Part shown: positions 1 to 1,541 of the stretch, one piece after another
Layout of the letters: each line of letters starts with the position of its first letter
How positions within the stretch are numbered: position 1 is the stretch's first letter
Assembly (NCBI RefSeq): GCF_965641715.1
Contig: NZ_OZ282461.1
Reading direction: 5' to 3' (one strand)
Length of the DNA stretch: 1,541 nucleotides
DNA from: Escherichia coli
Lineage (GTDB): Bacteria; Pseudomonadota; Gammaproteobacteria; Enterobacterales; Enterobacteriaceae
The notes under the pieces: generated by a model
The model's input: the letters and a program-made list of their open reading frames with translations, nothing else
Databases searched by the model: none
What the model was told of the DNA's origin: nothing
Program-made: the position numbers and the translations under genes

Positions 1-37
1 GTGCTCAATGTGGCTTCCGGTTCTCTTCCGCTTCCTC

Positions 38-80
38 GTCGATTCGCTCGCTACGCTCGGTCATCGACTTGCGGCGAGCG
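38..80. other. Hairpin-rich segment resembling what I recall as the primosome-assembly-site (single-strand initiation) region downstream of the pMB1/ColE1 origin
   Basis: Seen in sequence: cttccgcttcctcg (26-39) and ...cgctcgctacgctcggtcatcgacttgcggcgagcgg... parallel pBR322 cttccgcttcctcgctcactgactcgctgcgctcggtcgttcggctgcggcgagcgg (recalled). Dyads gtcgat (38-43) with atcgac (63-68), and cgctcgc (45-51) with gcgagcg (74-80), are preserved despite substitutions. Function is inference. Confidence 0.4.
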
Positions 81-386
81 GTGTCACCTCTCGCATGTTG
101 TCGGTGATCCCGTTGTTGTTCTTTCGGGGATGAGTCGTCAGATAGCCCTTCAAACACGCTCAGAAGCTCTCAGACGCACGAAACGGGTTTTAGATGCCCG
201 TCAGGGCATGGAAGGCGCGAAAAACGCTTACAGAGGCTCTCAGGAGGTCAGGCGCGCCGATACCCCTAACCAGGGGCTTTCAGGTCGCCAGGAACCGCGC
301 CAGCCCCCTGCAAAGCCCATTTGCACGGTACAGGCAGCCACTCGGTTGGTAGGTGGTCGTAGACCGTCGGTGTTACAGCGATGGGG

Positions 387-440
387 GTCTGGGGTTCTCC
401 CCAGACGGTTTCCGGTTGCGCTCAAGGCGCTGCCGGAACC
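387..440. other. Two tandem stem-loops in the GC-rich non-coding region (perfect 8-bp stem at 387-406; imperfect longer stem at 407-440)
   Basis: Seen in sequence: gtctgggg-ttct-ccccagac, then ggtt-t-ccgg-tt-gcgc-tcaag-gcgc-tg-ccgg-aacc. Whether they function as RNA or as single-stranded DNA structure is unknown. Confidence 0.35.
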
Positions 441-576
441 GTGGCGGCTCGGTCGTTCTGGAGATCGGGGAGCAAAAACACGCAAGGGATTTTGAGGCGG
501 CAAAAGAGCAATGCAGGATAGACAATCATGGTCAGAACGTTAACACGTAGCCCCTGATTGTCCGCCTGCCGCTGGC

Positions 577-1056
577 TCAATTTGAAAACATGGCCATGAT
601 TCGGCGCTGAATATCACCGTCTTTGTTGACCAGTGTTTTAGTGACAAACGCCGCGTAGTTTTTAGATGTGTTGTATCCCTTCCAGACTTCATGTGGATCC
701 AGTGCATACGCACAAACCTTACCGGCAACAGGAATTCTGACTAACGCGTTTTTTGATTCTAAGTAGTTGAGCCAGCGCTTAATTGTGCTTCGGCTAACAC
801 CCAATTTATCTGCTAAAAACTGCTGATCGGCAACGACAGCACCGCATGAGGGATCTATGTGCTCAGCTAAAAACGAGTAAAGCGGTATTGCTACAACTCC
901 CTGCTTGTCCTTCGACAGTTCTCGGATCCTTTCCCAGCCCTTCTGATAAACCTGGGTGAATGGGCCGTTATTTTTCGGATCTGGTTCCGATTCTTTGTTT
1001 AATTTTTCCAGTTCTTTTAGACGCTTTTTTCGCTGCTCTTCAGTCCCGATATACAT
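577..1056 (-). CDS. Putative plasmid replication initiator or DNA-binding regulator with a helix-turn-helix motif (RepA-like, as in small cryptic enterobacterial plasmids); 159 aa
   Basis: Seen in sequence: ORF from the track, ATG at 1056-1054 and TGA stop at 579-577 on the minus strand. A GGAG Shine-Dalgarno (plus-strand ctcc, 1064-1067) lies 7 nt upstream of the ATG. The segment ...VADQQFLADKLGVSRSTIKRWLNYLESKNALVRI... (approx nt 736-834) has the pattern of a helix-turn-helix. The N-terminus is lysine/glutamate-rich. It is the only long ORF in the AT-richer block and is preceded by a repeat-rich region. Inference: Rep-like function from motif and context; a vague recollection of pKL1-type 1.5-kb plasmids with a small RepA is not verified. 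Confidence 0.75.
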   Translation of the reverse strand: MYIGTEEQRKKRLKELEKLNKESEPDPKNNGPFTQVYQKGWERIRELSKDKQGVVAIPLYSFLAEHIDPSCGAVVADQQFLADKLGVSRSTIKRWLNYLESKNALVRIPVAGKVCAYALDPHEVWKGYNTSKNYAAFVTKTLVNKDGDIQRRIMAMFSN

Positions 1057-1063
1057 GGTAAAT

Positions 1064-1067
1064 CTCC
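1064..1067 (-). promoter_or_regulatory. Shine-Dalgarno (GGAG) for the 577-1056 CDS
   Basis: Seen in sequence: minus-strand reading is ...gaccgtGGAGatttaccATG, with 7 nt between GGAG and the start codon. Confidence 0.6.
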
Positions 1068-1086
1068 ACGGTCTAATAATGGCTCA

Positions 1087-1115
1087 AATATAAGCTATCA
1101 TAGCTCAAACGTAAA
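1087..1115 (-). promoter_or_regulatory. Putative sigma70-type promoter for the HTH gene (-35 TTTACG, 17-bp spacer, -10 TATATT, read on the minus strand)
   Basis: Seen in sequence: minus-strand reading is catggTTTACGtttgagctatgatagctTATATTtgagcc. The -35 hexamer corresponds to plus 1110-1115 and the -10 to plus 1087-1092, about 30 nt upstream of the ATG. Matching to consensus was done by eye; no transcription start data. Confidence 0.35.
1093..1105. promoter_or_regulatory. 13-bp palindrome agctat-c-atagct inside the putative promoter spacer (candidate autorepressor operator)
   Basis: Seen in sequence: perfect dyad agctat/atagct around a central c at 1099. Its position between the putative -35 and -10 is typical of repressor operators (inference). 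Confidence 0.4.
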
Positions 1116-1131
1116 CCATGATAGGTCGACC

Positions 1132-1153
1132 TAGCTCACACATGCGTGAGCTA
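1132..1153. repeat. 22-bp near-perfect palindrome tagctcacacatgcgtgagcta (10 of 11 dyad pairs)
   Basis: Seen in sequence: the reverse complement differs from the forward sequence only at the a/c pair (1140/1145). Overlaps the first direct-repeat copy. Confidence 0.65.
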
Positions 1154-1182
1154 ACCTTAGACCACGCATGCGTGAGCTAACC
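1137..1182. repeat. Two 20-bp direct repeats (cacacatgcgtgagctaacc at 1137-1156 and cacgcatgcgtgagctaacc at 1163-1182), period 26 bp; iteron- or operator-like
   Basis: Seen in sequence: 19 of 20 identity. The second copy contains a perfect 12-bp palindrome, cacgcatgcgtg (1163-1174). Related half-motifs (g)agcta/tagct recur at 1082-1088, 1093-1105 and 1194-1199. Functional role is inference. Confidence 0.65.
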
Positions 1183-1275
1183 CATAATGCAAGTAGCTAA
1201 AAAATCAATAACTTACAAAATCGCCCTTAAATATCTTTTCTGCTGAAAGTGTTGCGCGAAGCGGAACACTTTTTT

Positions 1276-1299
1276 GGGGTGTCGGGGCGAAGCCCTGAC
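1276..1299. repeat. Left arm of a 24-bp inverted repeat (ggggtgtcggggcgaagccctgac); the arm is also an internal hairpin
   Basis: Seen in sequence: the reverse complement of 1504-1527 is ggggtgtcggggtgaagccctgac, matching 23 of 24 positions. Within the arm, gtcggggc and gccctgac are themselves near-complementary. Confidence 0.7.
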
Positions 1300-1340
1300 A
1301 CAGTCACGTAGCGATAGCGGAGTGTATACTGGCTTATTCC
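1276..1340. other. ColE1/pMB1 bom-like origin of transfer (oriT) with putative nick motif CTGG/CTTA at 1329-1336
   Basis: Seen in sequence: ggggtgtcggggcgaagccctgacacagtcacgtagcgatagcggagtgtatactggctta closely resembles the pBR322/pMB1 bom segment gggtgtcggggcgcagccatgacccagtcacgtagcgatagcggagtgtatactggcttaac, recalled from memory. Established knowledge: the ColE1 relaxase MbeA nicks within CTGG/CTTA. The nicked strand was not determined here. Confidence 0.6.
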
Positions 1341-1457
1341 TCTGCAAGCCTTACCAGCCGTGATTTTTGCCAGATTTCGCGCTCTCCACGTTCAACAGCT
1401 CCATCATGTTTTTGCCGTCCGTTCACCGCTAAAACGCCTCAGAAATCGGGACAGGAT

Positions 1458-1500
1458 GTGGGAATGTCGGACCGCGCACGCGCACTCAGACATTCCCCAC
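1458..1500. other. Stem-loop: gtgggaatgtc (1458-1468) pairs with gacattccccac (1489-1500); the loop carries an alternating pyrimidine-purine tract cgcgcacgcgca (1473-1484)
   Basis: Seen in sequence: 7-bp perfect core gaatgtc/gacattc plus flanking G:C pairs with one bulge. No downstream T-run, so it is not a canonical intrinsic terminator. Confidence 0.4.
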
Positions 1501-1503
1501 CTA

Positions 1504-1527
1504 GTCAGGGCTTCACCCCGACACCCC
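1504..1527. repeat. Right arm of the 24-bp inverted repeat (gtcagggcttcaccccgacacccc)
   Basis: Seen in sequence: partner of 1276-1299 with one mismatch; the arms are separated by 204 bp. Confidence 0.7.
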
Positions 1528-1541
1528 GCATCCGTGCGTAA

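Noticed and set aside
194-209. Hairpin atgccc-gtca-gggcat as a possible intrinsic terminator
   Set aside because: No U-rich tract follows on either strand and it is not positioned after a gene; retained only as generic secondary structure.
288-345. ColE1-type RNA II/RNA I origin (patches such as gccaggaaccg and gcagccact recall pBR322 origin sequence)
   Set aside because: Matches are short and their spacing is far too compressed for the roughly 550-nt RNA II region. I could not find RNA I/RNA II promoters or the three-stem-loop arrangement. Kept only as an unassigned structured region.
1-495. 164-aa plus-strand ORF beginning with GTG at the window edge
   Set aside because: Arginine/glycine/proline-rich low-complexity translation typical of a GC-rich non-coding frame. 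No ribosome-binding site, starts at the boundary, and overlaps sequence that resembles non-coding pMB1 cis elements.
240-503. 87-aa minus-strand ORF
   Set aside because: Same GC-rich region, with low-complexity R/G/P/S-rich product and no recognisable start context; most likely a chance open frame.
353-550. 65-aa plus-strand ORF
   Set aside because: Short, arginine-rich, overlaps the tandem stem-loops, and has no Shine-Dalgarno sequence; treated as spurious.
540-728. 62-aa minus-strand ORF overlapping the 3' end of the Rep-like CDS
   Set aside because: Lies in an alternative frame over the stronger 159-aa CDS and has no independent support.
1053-1063. XerD-arm-like motif acatggtaaat (compared with the cer arm ttatggtaaat)
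   Set aside because: No matching XerC arm at the expected spacing upstream, and the motif overlaps the start codon and ribosome-binding region of the CDS; probably coincidental.
1276-1299. Tn3-family terminal inverted repeat (starts with GGGG)
   Set aside because: Beyond the initial GGGG the sequence does not resemble the Tn3/Tn21 38-bp repeats I recall. It matches the pMB1 bom region instead, and there is no transposase or target-site duplication.

Overview
The window reads as a miniature plasmid-like replicon, possibly a linearised circle. It has one convincing gene: a 159-aa helix-turn-helix protein on the minus strand (577-1056) that I interpret as a Rep-like replication or regulatory protein. 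Immediately upstream of that gene (1081-1200) is an AT-rich control region with a putative promoter, nested palindromes and two 20-bp direct repeats, which looks like an operator or iteron cluster. At 1276-1340 there is a segment closely resembling the pMB1/ColE1 bom (oriT) region, including the CTGG/CTTA nick motif, with no relaxase gene in the window. A 24-bp inverted repeat (1276-1299 and 1504-1527, one mismatch) brackets the nick motif and an internal hairpin. The first ~100 bp resemble the pMB1 hairpin region downstream of the ColE1 origin, where I recall primosome assembly sites lie. Positions 100-576 are GC-rich, structured and apparently non-coding; I regard the 164-aa plus-strand ORF there as spurious. 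I found no rRNA, tRNA, CRISPR array or transposase. All similarity statements come from memory of pBR322/pMB1 sequence and visual inspection, not from a database search. I see no clearly novel system here; the most interesting points are the operator/iteron architecture and the inverted-repeat-bracketed oriT module.
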